Shown here one piece after another: positions 49,298 through 57,751 of a DNA stretch of 64,000 nucleotides. Both the position numbers and the translations under genes were made by a program. The stretch lies in contig JAKAKP010000147.1 of assembly GCA_021813445.1 (NCBI GenBank), forward strand, positions 1,285 through 65,284, in the 5' to 3' direction. Every line of letters begins with the position of its first letter. Positions within the stretch are counted from its first letter, which is position 1. The stretch comes from Deltaproteobacteria bacterium (GTDB lineage: Bacteria > Desulfobacterota > Desulfobaccia > Desulfobaccales > 0-14-0-80-60-11). The notes under the pieces are model-generated. The model was given only the letters and a program-made list of their open reading frames with translations, searched no databases and had not been told where the DNA came from.

Positions 49298-49680
49298 GCA
49301 GCGGTAGACTTTTTCTTATCGGGGGCTGCGTCCCGGCCTCTTCCGGGGCTCCTGGGTTTGCGGGGGGCGCCGGCGCGCCCGGGCGTCCCTGCCCGGGGCC
49401 GGCGCCTGGCTTCTTCCGGTGTCCTCCTTTTGCGGGCGTCTGCCGGGCCTCCGCCCCCGAACTCCCCGCCCGCCCACCTCTCGGAGTCCCGGCTCTGCCG
49501 GGCCAGAAAATTCGCCGCCCGAGGCTCTGCCGTCCGGTGGCCGGCTGCCCATTGCCGGGGAAGAGGGGCGGCCCGGGCGCGAATCTTCATACGCTAAAGC
49601 GAATTCGATTGCGCCCGGGCCGCGCGCGTTTGCCTGGCGCTCTGCCCCCGGCTTCAGGGCAACCGGCCACCGGAACCGGG

Positions 49681-49876
49681 GCCTGAACCCAGACCCTGGG
49701 GGTTCAGCGTAGCAGCGGCCGCCCCAGGGCCGTCCAGGGCGAAATTTTTTCATGGCCATGACCTGGTGATGACCGACCATGGCCATGAAAAAATTTCTAG
49801 ATCCCCAACAGAATGAGGTGCCCTGGACGGCCCTGGGGCTCCGTGCTCGAGTTCAGTTGGGGGTCTGGGTCCAGGC
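49681..49876. repeat. Long nested inverted repeat (bulged hairpin)
   Basis: Perfect 20 bp pairs 49741-49760/49778-49797 and 49721-49740/49820-49839; 15/16 pair 49681-49696/49861-49876. Confidence 0.9.
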
Positions 49877-49974
49877 TTCGCGGCGCGCGTCCGGAGGAGA
49901 GGAGCGGAGTTGAAAGGTTGGGGGCGAGGGTGTCAATTTATTGACAGATCGGGCGAAATCGGTTTTCTTGATTC

Positions 49975-50160
49975 TTGATGAATGAATCTTTAAAGCTGGT
50001 TAGTAAGATGCTGCCGCTTCTCCTGGAACTCGCCCTTCTGGATGATCCCGGCGACGTCGTCGCCGCCAGGCGCTTCCATCTTTACAGCACCACCATTTAC
50101 CGCTGGCTCCGGAACTCCGGGAATGAAATTGTGTTGACCAGGTCAAGGGCCCCTTCGTAA
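49975..50160 (+). CDS. Small HTH-like protein
   Basis: VAARRFHLYSTTIYRW HTH pattern; TTGACA upstream. Confidence 0.5.
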   Translation: MMNESLKLVSKMLPLLLELALLDDPGDVVAARRFHLYSTTIYRWLRNSGNEIVLTRSRAPS

Positions 50161-50303
50161 ATTTGCAGCTTGGAAAGTATCTCTCTGGCTATCTCTGCGC
50201 CTTGCGCCGGCGTCATGGCCATCACCCGCAGAGTGCCGAATTCCCCTTTGAATTCGTAAAGAGAGAATTCAACTGCCCTCTTTTTTCGCGGCCGTTTCCT
50301 CAT
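50097..50303 (-). CDS. Small hypothetical protein
   Basis: ATGA coupling to the upstream ORF; GAGG RBS. Confidence 0.55.
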   Translation of the reverse strand: MRKRPRKKRAVEFSLYEFKGEFGTLRVMAMTPAQGAEIAREILSKLQIYEGALDLVNTISFPEFRSQR

Positions 50304-50488
50304 TCTGATAATCCTCTTTCCAGGTCCCCAGGGAGGTGCTCTCCTCTCCATAGTCCATCAATGTTTTGCTCGGGCTCATACTTCATCACCCGCCAGGCTA
50401 TTAGGATTATGAAGATGGCCACCAGCAGCCAATAAAAAGCTACCATTCCCCAAACCATTGGGCTAAGGTCCTGCCACCTTTTACTCAT
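50300..50488 (-). CDS. Small single-TM membrane protein
   Basis: GGAGG RBS; hydrophobic helix; overlaps both neighbours. Confidence 0.6.
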   Translation of the reverse strand: MSKRWQDLSPMVWGMVAFYWLLVAIFIILIAWRVMKYEPEQNIDGLWRGEHLPGDLERGLSE

Positions 50489-50837
50489 TTCCCTCCTCCT
50501 GCAGCCCCTTTTTGAAGCGCTCCATGATTTCCGCCATGAAGCCCTCGAGCCATACGCGCTCTTTCTTGCTCATTTTCACGTCTGAAATTCTGAAAACCTC
50601 TGCTTTTTTGCGTTTTTTCCGCCGCGCCTTCCTCTCCCGCCTGGCGCTGGGCGCCTGGCTGGCCATCATATCTTCCGGGAGGTGCCAGGTCCCGGTCAGG
50701 ATCCGGATCTCGATCCCCAGGCCCTCGCCTTCGATGAGGTCCCAGTTCAAATTTTGCCCGATGAAGAGGTTGCACGCCTGCCTGATTCCCCGGGGAATTG
50801 TGATCTGCCACCGCTGCCTGATGAGCCCTCGCTCCAT
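50481..50837 (-). CDS. AbrB/MazE/SpoVT-like DNA-binding protein
   Basis: QRWQITIPRGIRQACNLFIGQ motif; AGGAG RBS. Confidence 0.75.
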   Translation of the reverse strand: MERGLIRQRWQITIPRGIRQACNLFIGQNLNWDLIEGEGLGIEIRILTGTWHLPEDMMASQAPSARRERKARRKKRKKAEVFRISDVKMSKKERVWLEGFMAEIMERFKKGLQEEGNE

Positions 50838-51547
50838 AGCCTCTCCTGCTCGATGTCGGCCCGCCTGGCCACGCTCTCAACCCAGGCCTGGGCGTTTCGG
50901 GCTTGTCGGTTTCCGTCCTGGATGAAGCGCAACGCCGCAAAAAGCCTGGCTGCCCGCGATCGCTTTTTCGCTTTTGCTCTGGGCGCGATGCGGTATACCC
51001 GCATCTCCATTTTTTCCAGCTCTTCCCCGCTCAGCCTGATCACTTCCTGGAGTAAATCCTTTTGCCCCAGGTCCATCCACGCTTTAAAGCTTTCTTTAAA
51101 CACTCTTAAGCTTAAGCTAAGCTGTGTCTCCGCCTGGCCACCCATGTCCGGGCGCTCCGGCCCCGCCTTGGAACCACCGCCGTTTCCCTGATCTCCACGC
51201 TTGGACATGGGTGTCCAGGTAGGCTTCTCTGAACCCCCATTTCCGCCCCCGCCTGGACATAGGCGTCCATCCGCCTGGACATACATGTCCAGGCGCAACC
51301 TATCCACCAGGTGAACGATGATTTGCCCGGCCTGGTTTTTTGGCCGGTGGAGGACCAGCAGAAAATTCTTTGACTCCAGGCTCAAAAGGTGCCGCAAAAA
51401 TTGCTTGGCGCTATATACTTCCCGCAGCCAGCGGCTTTCCCGGATTCTTGGAACGGTAACTTTCGATGATTCCTGTCGGTTTGCCAGGTCACAGAGGTAA
51501 GTCCAGACCCATAACTCCCCCGGTTGGAGCTTCAGGACCTCATCCAT
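50747..51547 (-). CDS. Putative replication initiator (phage O-like architecture)
   Basis: N-terminal winged-helix-like region; Gly-rich linker whose DNA holds four palindromic repeats and an AT-rich tract. Confidence 0.6.
   Translation of the reverse strand: MDEVLKLQPGELWVWTYLCDLANRQESSKVTVPRIRESRWLREVYSAKQFLRHLLSLESKNFLLVLHRPKNQAGQIIVHLVDRLRLDMYVQADGRLCPGGGGNGGSEKPTWTPMSKRGDQGNGGGSKAGPERPDMGGQAETQLSLSLRVFKESFKAWMDLGQKDLLQEVIRLSGEELEKMEMRVYRIAPRAKAKKRSRAARLFAALRFIQDGNRQARNAQAWVESVARRADIEQERLWSEGSSGSGGRSQFPGESGRRATSSSGKI
51081..51295. other. Putative intragenic replication origin
   Basis: CGCCTGGACA-N4-TGTCCAGGCG-type repeats at 51131, 51198, 51250 and 51272; AT-rich 51081-51123. Confidence 0.65.
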
Positions 51548-51582
51548 TCCCCCCCGCCTTCCAAGGCCCTAGTCGCGACTGC

Positions 51583-51632
51583 TCGGGCTCATAACCCGAA
51601 GGTCGCAGGTTCAAATCCTGCCCCCGCTACCA
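51583..51632 (+). repeat. attR (3' part of tRNA-Met)
   Basis: TCGGGCTCATAACCCGAAGGTCGCAGGTTCAAATCCTGCCCCCGCTACCA. Confidence 0.95.
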
Positions 51633-51640
51633 AGAAATCC

Positions 51641-51672
51641 AAGGGGCTTAGGTTAAAATCTAAGCCCTTTTT
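51641..51672 (+). terminator. Intrinsic terminator (probably the original tRNA terminator)
   Basis: GGGCTTAG...CTAAGCCC followed by a T run. Confidence 0.75.
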
Positions 51673-52061
51673 CTTTATCCCTGGAATTTCCATCCTCCCA
51701 CTAATCCCCAAAGAGCAGGAGTAAAGAAGGGTACGAGGGGACAGATTGCGGCCTGGTGTCCGCCTCTCGGCCTGAGCAGTCGCCGCTTGCTGGGCCAGGC
51801 AGGCAGTCACTTTTCTTCTCCCCGTAGCCTACCGCAGGGGCGCTCCACCCCTTACAGTTGCGTCACCCGCGGCCAGGTGCCCGCCCCAGGCTGCCTGCGA
51901 TGGGACTCAGCCACCACAAATTTTTGAAAAAATCTCTCCCTCCGCTTGGGGGTTGATAAATCCAGGGAAAATTATGCTACTATTGCTGGCGTCAAATAAT
52001 GCGGCTATAAGAATCGGGGTTAAAAACGTTTTTCAACCCTGATGTCAAAAAGAGTCCCCAG

Positions 52062-52343
52062 ATGATGAAAAGACTGACGGGAATACTCGGGTGGCTGGCA
52101 TTTTGGCTTTTGGCAGTGGCTCTGCTCACCAGCGGTGGCGCCTGGGCCAAGGCCACCACCGCGGAGCAGGCCCAAACTGTGGTGCTGAACTGGCTCCGCC
52201 TGGACGGCGTGCCTCTGGGCGCGGCCATGGCCCAGCAGATCAAAGAAGTTCAAACTTTTTCTTATGGGGGCTCCCCCGCCTATTACGTGGTGTCGAGGCA
52301 GGGCGAATACAAGATTCGCCCCCACGAAAAAATATCCGTTTGA
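52062..52343 (+). pseudogene. Exported protein (C10 peptidase propeptide-like), truncated by repeat A
   Basis: Signal peptide plus TTAEQAQTVVLNWL...AYYVV, then runs into the repeat at 52294. Confidence 0.55.
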
Positions 52344-52747
52344 TTGCGACTTGGTATTAGGCGCGAAGAACCGGCTAGGTCTTTGGCGAGTAATCCCTAA
52401 TTTGCTGCTCCACCTTAGAGGATGACAGACTAAAGACGGCCACCGGGTGATAGAACAGGCGGCGGTCTTTCCAGGAATAGGTCAATTCATCCAGGTATTC
52501 CAACACTTCCTGCTTGGGTGCGTTAAGAAAAAAGAGAATCCTCCCTTAACTTATTTCAAGTTCGTTTTTGGATGCAACAAATCCTAAAGACCGGCGTGTA
52601 TCGGCGTGCATCGGCGGCTAATATTTAACCGCCGATAAACGCAGATAAACGCCGCTGATTCTGCCGGTTTTTTTGCATGGCAATATGAATTTGTTATTAT
52701 GCGCTGCCTGATGCCAGACAAGCCCGAAATTAGGTGGATAAGGACTT

Positions 52748-53857
52748 TTAGAACTCACCTCCGGCAAGCTCGCCGATTATACCCCTGATGACGCGTTCCT
52801 GTAATTCGATACTCTCCATCAGCCGAAACTGCACCAGGGCCCGGGCCAGGTTGTGTTCCGGGCTCCGGACCTTGAAGTAGACATTTCCCGCCAAATAATC
52901 GGTAAAGAAGCGCAGCCCCAACTCAAAGGGCAGGAGTCGAATGGCGGCAAAGAGATAGTCATAGTCGCCGGAGGTGAGGAAGCCCCGGGCCTGGGAGAGA
53001 TAGCCCCGGAGCAGGGCGCGGCAGATTTCGGAGTCGAAATGCACCGCCTGCCAATCCCCGGTTTCCTCCCCCAGTGGGTTACAGCCGGAGCGGAGGCAAT
53101 CCCCCAGATCATAGTGCACCAGGCCGGGCTTGACCGTGTCCAGGTCTATCAGGGCCACAGCCCGGCCGCTGGCCGCATCCAGCAGGACGTTGTTGACCTT
53201 GGGATCGCCGTGGATGGTGCGCCGCGGCAGCTTGCCCGCGGCTTTGGCCTCCTCCAGAACCCCGGCCCCGGCCCGGCGCGCGGCCACGTAGCGGTGGCAC
53301 CAGTCCGCTTCCGGGGACTGCTTCCCAGGACCCTGGGCGATGACCTGGTCATAATGGCGCAGATACCGGGGGAGGTGGTGAAAGCCGGGGAGGGGGTCCG
53401 CCAATCTTTCCGGGGGAAGATCGCTGAGCAGATAGTGGAAACGGCCCAGGGCATAACCTACTTCCCGGGCGTGCTCCAGGTCCTGGATGGTGTCCTGGGA
53501 CCGGGCCTGGTCAATAAAGCTGAGGGCCCGCCAGAAGGCCCCGTCCGGGTCGAACCAGTGGTCCTGGCCGCCCGCGGTCAGGAGCACCTCCGGCACTTCC
53601 CAGCGGCGGCCCGGGGGCAGGGACTCCTGCTGCAAACGGCCCCGCAGGTGCGCGGTGAAGGTGCGCAGGTTCTCCATGATGAGTTCCGGGCGGGGAAAGA
53701 CTTTGGTATTGAGGCGCTGCAGGATGAAGCTTTTGACAGCCGCACCTTCCAGGGTCACCAGGAAGGTGGCGTTGATATTGCCCTGGCCGTATTCCTTAAC
53801 GTCCAAGACGCGGCCCTGGGGGGTGAATTGTTGGGCGGCGGTAAAGCAGTGGGACAA
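52748..53857 (-). CDS. Aminoglycoside phosphotransferase-family kinase (N-acetylhexosamine kinase-like)
   Basis: GQGNINAT, IHGDPKVNN, IDLDTV, RFFTDYL. Confidence 0.88.
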   Translation of the reverse strand: MSHCFTAAQQFTPQGRVLDVKEYGQGNINATFLVTLEGAAVKSFILQRLNTKVFPRPELIMENLRTFTAHLRGRLQQESLPPGRRWEVPEVLLTAGGQDHWFDPDGAFWRALSFIDQARSQDTIQDLEHAREVGYALGRFHYLLSDLPPERLADPLPGFHHLPRYLRHYDQVIAQGPGKQSPEADWCHRYVAARRAGAGVLEEAKAAGKLPRRTIHGDPKVNNVLLDAASGRAVALIDLDTVKPGLVHYDLGDCLRSGCNPLGEETGDWQAVHFDSEICRALLRGYLSQARGFLTSGDYDYLFAAIRLLPFELGLRFFTDYLAGNVYFKVRSPEHNLARALVQFRLMESIELQERVIRGIIGELAGGEF

Positions 53858-53877
53858 GATATTGATTTCCAGAAAAG

Positions 53878-53943
53878 TCAGAACGCTGCCGCCTCGTTGA
53901 TCTCGACTTCCGCCTCAGGGTGAAACCACACAGAAAAGTTCAC
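53878..53943 (-). pseudogene. RelE/ParE toxin 5' remnant
   Basis: GTGA overlap with the antitoxin; MNFSVWFHPEAEVEINEAAAF*. Confidence 0.65.
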
Positions 53944-54164
53944 CGCAGTCGCGACCTTGCATCCTTCAGCACTTCATCTCTCGGACGCAAAGACACCTGG
54001 CCCGCATTAATCTCATCATCCCGACGCAAAGCTTCATCAACCCACAGGCGCTCAATCTCGGCTGCCGACAGGTCTTCAAGACTTGCCAAAAGGGCGCGGG
54101 CCAGTTTCGCCCGGGCTTCAGGGGAAAGTTTCATCGCCTCTTTCTTTAATTCATCTAAACCCAT
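53940..54164 (-). CDS. Addiction module antitoxin
   Basis: AMKLSPEARAKLARALLASL...WVDEALRR; GGAGG RBS. Confidence 0.85.
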   Translation of the reverse strand: MGLDELKKEAMKLSPEARAKLARALLASLEDLSAAEIERLWVDEALRRDDEINAGQVSLRPRDEVLKDARSRLR

Positions 54165-54300
54165 CATATCCTCCAGATGAGGAGTCACTGCCACTGAGAT
54201 TTCATCAATTATAATAATTTTCGAGGTTTTTTAAATGCATTTCCCAAATTATTGGTTATCTGGAAATGGAATAAACATAACCGGCTATGTCTCCCATGCC

Positions 54301-54558
54301 TTAATGCTTCTTCCCTCGCAGCCGTCTCGCCACCTGGGCTTCCAGGTCCTGGGTGAGGACTTTGAGGTTACGGCTTTCCGGGACCGGGCCGGAGTCGCCC
54401 CAGCCCTTTTGCAGCGCCTCTTTTTTCTTCTGGCGGAATTCCTCGACGCTGGCGGCCAGGTCCCTCCAGAGGAGCAGCTTCTGTAGAATGTGGCGCTCGG
54501 GCCCGGAGAAGCCATTCTCCAGATCGAAGGATTCGCCCCGTTGGGTGGTGTAGATCAT
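54301..54558 (-). CDS. Small hypothetical protein
   Basis: Plausible RBS and protein-like sequence (ERHILQKLLLW). Confidence 0.65.
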   Translation of the reverse strand: MIYTTQRGESFDLENGFSGPERHILQKLLLWRDLAASVEEFRQKKKEALQKGWGDSGPVPESRNLKVLTQDLEAQVARRLRGKKH

Positions 54559-54822
54559 GGAATCCGCCTTTTAGAGTTCAAAGTTCAAGGTTCAAAGTTG
54601 TTGGCGCTGGGCGCCGCACCCCGAGAGTAATGGCGGGCGAGGACGCCCGCCGCTACGTATTTTCGTTTTTTGCGATGGGCCTGGCGAAAAGCAAATAGTC
54701 CAATATGTTATTAACTAGCACAGGCTTGAAAGCCTTTGCCGCCATTAAATTTTAAAAATTTACTCTATCTAAGGGACCTTGCCCCACCTTGAACTTTGAA
54801 CCTTGAACCTTGAACCTTGAAC

Positions 54823-55620
54823 TTATCTTTGTCTGAGATCCCGCAATAATATCAGGTCATCAACGGTGAGGGCGCAGGAGAAACGGTAACCAGCCAGCAC
54901 CTTGACCGGCCGCAAATCCGGCAGCTCCAGGTACGGGTGGTCAAAGAAGGTCAGCGCGGCCTCCCCTTTCCAGATGGGGGAGACCTGCACATCCCGGGAC
55001 TTCAGTTGCACCAGTTCATAGACCGCGGGCCGGTCATGCTTCCCGGCCGCCAGTTCGGGAAAGTGCCGGGTGTTGATCGCGCCGGCAAAGGTGGGTTGGG
55101 GCAGTTCCGTGGTCTGCCCCCGGAGGGTGACCACCGCCTCCACGAGGCGGCGGTCCTTGACCGCCAGGGTGGCGCCGAACCTGCCGCCGGGCCCCAAAAC
55201 CGGGGTGGCCGGAGAAGGCAGATCGTAGGCCCGGGTGATCCAAGTGGAGCCGATCTGTTTCGGCCAGCCCTGGGCCCAGCCCCGGAACAGGGAGACGTCC
55301 TGGTCCACCCAGATGAAGGGGCAACAGGCCACGGCCGCGCCTTCATAGGCCGCGGAGATGAGGATGATGGTCTCCCGGTACTGGCTGCGGGCGGGGTCGA
55401 GATATTCATCCCCGGCGTCGCTGGCGTATTGCCACTCCACAAAGTAGGCCGCACACCGGGGGGAATGGAAGGTCAGGCCCTGGGGCAGGAAAGCCGCCAC
55501 CGCCGCGGGCGCGGCTTCGTATTCCACTGCCAGACAGGTGCCCACATAGTGCCAGGGCGGGGTGGGAGCCAGGCTGGAAGTGCCTTTGGGAGTCCGGGGT
55601 AAAGAGTAACCTTTGAGCAT
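54823..55620 (-). CDS. Acetoacetate decarboxylase family protein
   Basis: PPWHY, QYRE, RGWAQGWPKQ (Schiff-base Lys); GGAG RBS. Confidence 0.88.
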   Translation of the reverse strand: MLKGYSLPRTPKGTSSLAPTPPWHYVGTCLAVEYEAAPAAVAAFLPQGLTFHSPRCAAYFVEWQYASDAGDEYLDPARSQYRETIILISAAYEGAAVACCPFIWVDQDVSLFRGWAQGWPKQIGSTWITRAYDLPSPATPVLGPGGRFGATLAVKDRRLVEAVVTLRGQTTELPQPTFAGAINTRHFPELAAGKHDRPAVYELVQLKSRDVQVSPIWKGEAALTFFDHPYLELPDLRPVKVLAGYRFSCALTVDDLILLRDLRQR

Positions 55621-55921
55621 GTTATCTCCTATGGGTCATTTGTGCTTCTGTAAGGCCCGATCTCGGGGTGGAACAGACGACGGCCAGCAGCGCCACCAGG
55701 ACCATAAGTCTGATTTTGAGCGGCAGCATACTTCCCTCCCGCAATGAGTATCCTCTCAGTGGGGCGAATTATAGGCCATGCCGGCAAGAAAAGCAAAAAT
55801 GGCGCCTGATTCTCAATTTCGCCCTGATACCGGAACTGATGGGGAGGTTCAGCCCGGGGTTGATCTGATACCCATCCTCTCAATGGAGAGGAGGTAATGT
55901 TGTCGGCCTACGTAACTTTTT

Positions 55922-55992
55922 CTGTCATCCTGAACGCAGTGAAGGATCTCAGCGCCTCGGAAATACGAGATTCGCGGCGCTCAGAAGGACAA
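55922..55992. repeat. REP-like palindrome
   Basis: TGTCATCCTGAACG...CGCTCAGAAGGACA. Confidence 0.6.
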
Positions 55993-56395
55993 ATTAGGAT
56001 AATTGAGTTTTTGAAATAGCTTCTAAGCAAAGATGAAGGGTCTTAACGGCAGTAGGATAAAGGAGGGGCCAAGGTTAGAGATTTCCCCATAATCGAGGTC
56101 AAGATTAATGACGGAAGGTCGATTCGTAATCTTCCCATTGCAACCGTCTCTGGTATTCTTCCTCGGTTTCCGGATTCGTATACCACTTTTTGGTTTGATA
56201 ATACCCGGGAGGCTCATCCCCGGGAGCGGTTTTTTTCATAATAACCCGGGGCGCAGCAGGTGATGAGCGTCAGAAGGGGTAAAAACCAAAACCAGGCCTG
56301 CACAGATGTTCTTTTGGAAGCGGAGCGACGGCATATATTCAAAGTTAACAGGGAAAAGGAGCGGTACATGTTATTGGCAACTAAGAGAAGCCGTC

Positions 56396-56917
56396 TTACT
56401 TCCCCTTTTTCGCGGGGGGCATTTTCTCCATGGGAGGAGGGGTTGACGGCACGGGCTTCTCCGGGGTGGCAGCGATCTTGGCCTTCAGCTTGGCCATATT
56501 TTCGGCAACGGTTTTAGCGATGACGCTCTCATTGCCTACCTCTTTCACCGGCTTGACCCCGGTGCAGAGCCCCCCGGTAAAGCACACCTGCTGAATCTTA
56601 TACTTGTAATCATTGGCGTACTTGGACGCGTCAGTCAGATAGGCCAAGGCCTCTTTCAGTTTGCCTTCCTGAGCCTTGATGGCCGCCAAGTTGTTGAGGG
56701 CAAAGGGGTTGTAGCGGTCCCGGCTTAGAGCTGTCTTAAACTCTGCTTCGGCAGCGTCATATTTGCCAGCCCGCATCAAATCAAACCCCTTGGTGAGTGG
56801 GGTAAAGACATCTTCCGGCATAATCCGGGGTTGGGCCATGGCCGAGGAGGTGATCAAGAGGAAAACCGCCAATGCTGACAACGCCAGAATTGTAGTCCAT
56901 TTCGCGCTACGTACCAT
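56396..56917 (-). CDS. Exported TPR protein
   Basis: Signal peptide; FALNNLAAI TPR motif; AAGGAG RBS. Confidence 0.8.
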   Translation of the reverse strand: MVRSAKWTTILALSALAVFLLITSSAMAQPRIMPEDVFTPLTKGFDLMRAGKYDAAEAEFKTALSRDRYNPFALNNLAAIKAQEGKLKEALAYLTDASKYANDYKYKIQQVCFTGGLCTGVKPVKEVGNESVIAKTVAENMAKLKAKIAATPEKPVPSTPPPMEKMPPAKKGK

Positions 56918-57151
56918 TTATTGGCTCCTTTCGCTAAGTGCGGGGGTGGAACGCAGAACCGCACCTTTTCCCGTGAACAAAATCTAGGACATAATTTGGC
57001 CGTGTCAAGAAAGGAAGGAAACTTAAATGTATTTTAGTCCTTTAATTAAAGAAGCGAAGGGTAACAGGGGGGGCGCGGGGAGGATTGAAAAAGGGGGGGT
57101 CGGGGCCACGGCCACGCCCCCCCTGCCTTGCCAGGACCGGTGCCTACCAGG

Positions 57152-57751
57152 TTAAGGAGCCGCCGCGGTCTGCGGCCGCATCCGCTCTAAGGCCCGGGTC
57201 AGCTCCAACAGGACCCCCAACCCCTGGCGGCATTCCGGACTCCGCATCTGCCAGAGCAGGCCCAGGGGCCCCACCGGTTCGGCCTCCTGCAGACGTGAAT
57301 TCAGAGCCACATCCGCCAGCCGGTCCATGAACTGGAGCATCTCTCCGGAGAACAGCTTGCCGAAGATCTTGAAGACCTGCTGTTGTTCCAAGACATCCAA
57401 CTGGTCGATCATTTTAGGCACCGCAATTTTCAGGATCGGCTCCATGTCCGCCCACCAGTCGATGAAGTTTTCCAACTGCTCCAAAGCCCAGGAGAGGTAC
57501 TTCAGGCTGGGGAGAAGCCTTTTTAAAAGGGCGAAAAAGTCCTCCAACTGGAAGCCGATTTCCACTTCCACCAGTTCTTCCGTCAGCTTCCTGGCCGCGG
57601 GGTCCATGAGGATGGAGAGATCCTTACCCAGATCCGTCAGGGTCTCCCAGGGCCGGGCAAAGACCTCCAACTGCTTTTCCACCCGGGCGACTCCCTCCAG
57701 CCTCTCTTCGATGCGGGCCAGCCGTTCCAGCAGCAGTTCCTCGTTGATCAT
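57152..57751 (-). CDS. DUF1641 domain protein (SQR partner)
   Basis: C-terminal PVGPLGLLWQMRSPECRQGLG; ATGA overlap with sqr. Confidence 0.8.
   Translation of the reverse strand: MINEELLLERLARIEERLEGVARVEKQLEVFARPWETLTDLGKDLSILMDPAARKLTEELVEVEIGFQLEDFFALLKRLLPSLKYLSWALEQLENFIDWWADMEPILKIAVPKMIDQLDVLEQQQVFKIFGKLFSGEMLQFMDRLADVALNSRLQEAEPVGPLGLLWQMRSPECRQGLGVLLELTRALERMRPQTAAAP

Larger units (their letters stand above)
47994..51632. mobile_element. About 3.6 kb integrative mini-element in tRNA-fMet
   Basis: Bounded by the tRNA and a 50 bp duplicate of its 3' part (51583-51632); carries an integrase and a rep-like gene. Confidence 0.92.

Noticed and set aside
49229-49786. ORFs across the structured region of the mini-element
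   Set aside because: Low-complexity Arg/Pro/Gly translations on both strands, explained by GC-rich palindromic DNA; a real gene cannot be fully excluded.
49681-49876. Retron msr/msd interpretation of the long hairpin
   Set aside because: No reverse transcriptase motif in the element or the window.
53878-53880. TGA in the RelE remnant as selenocysteine
   Set aside because: Not a Cys position, and no toxin-like sequence or hairpin follows.
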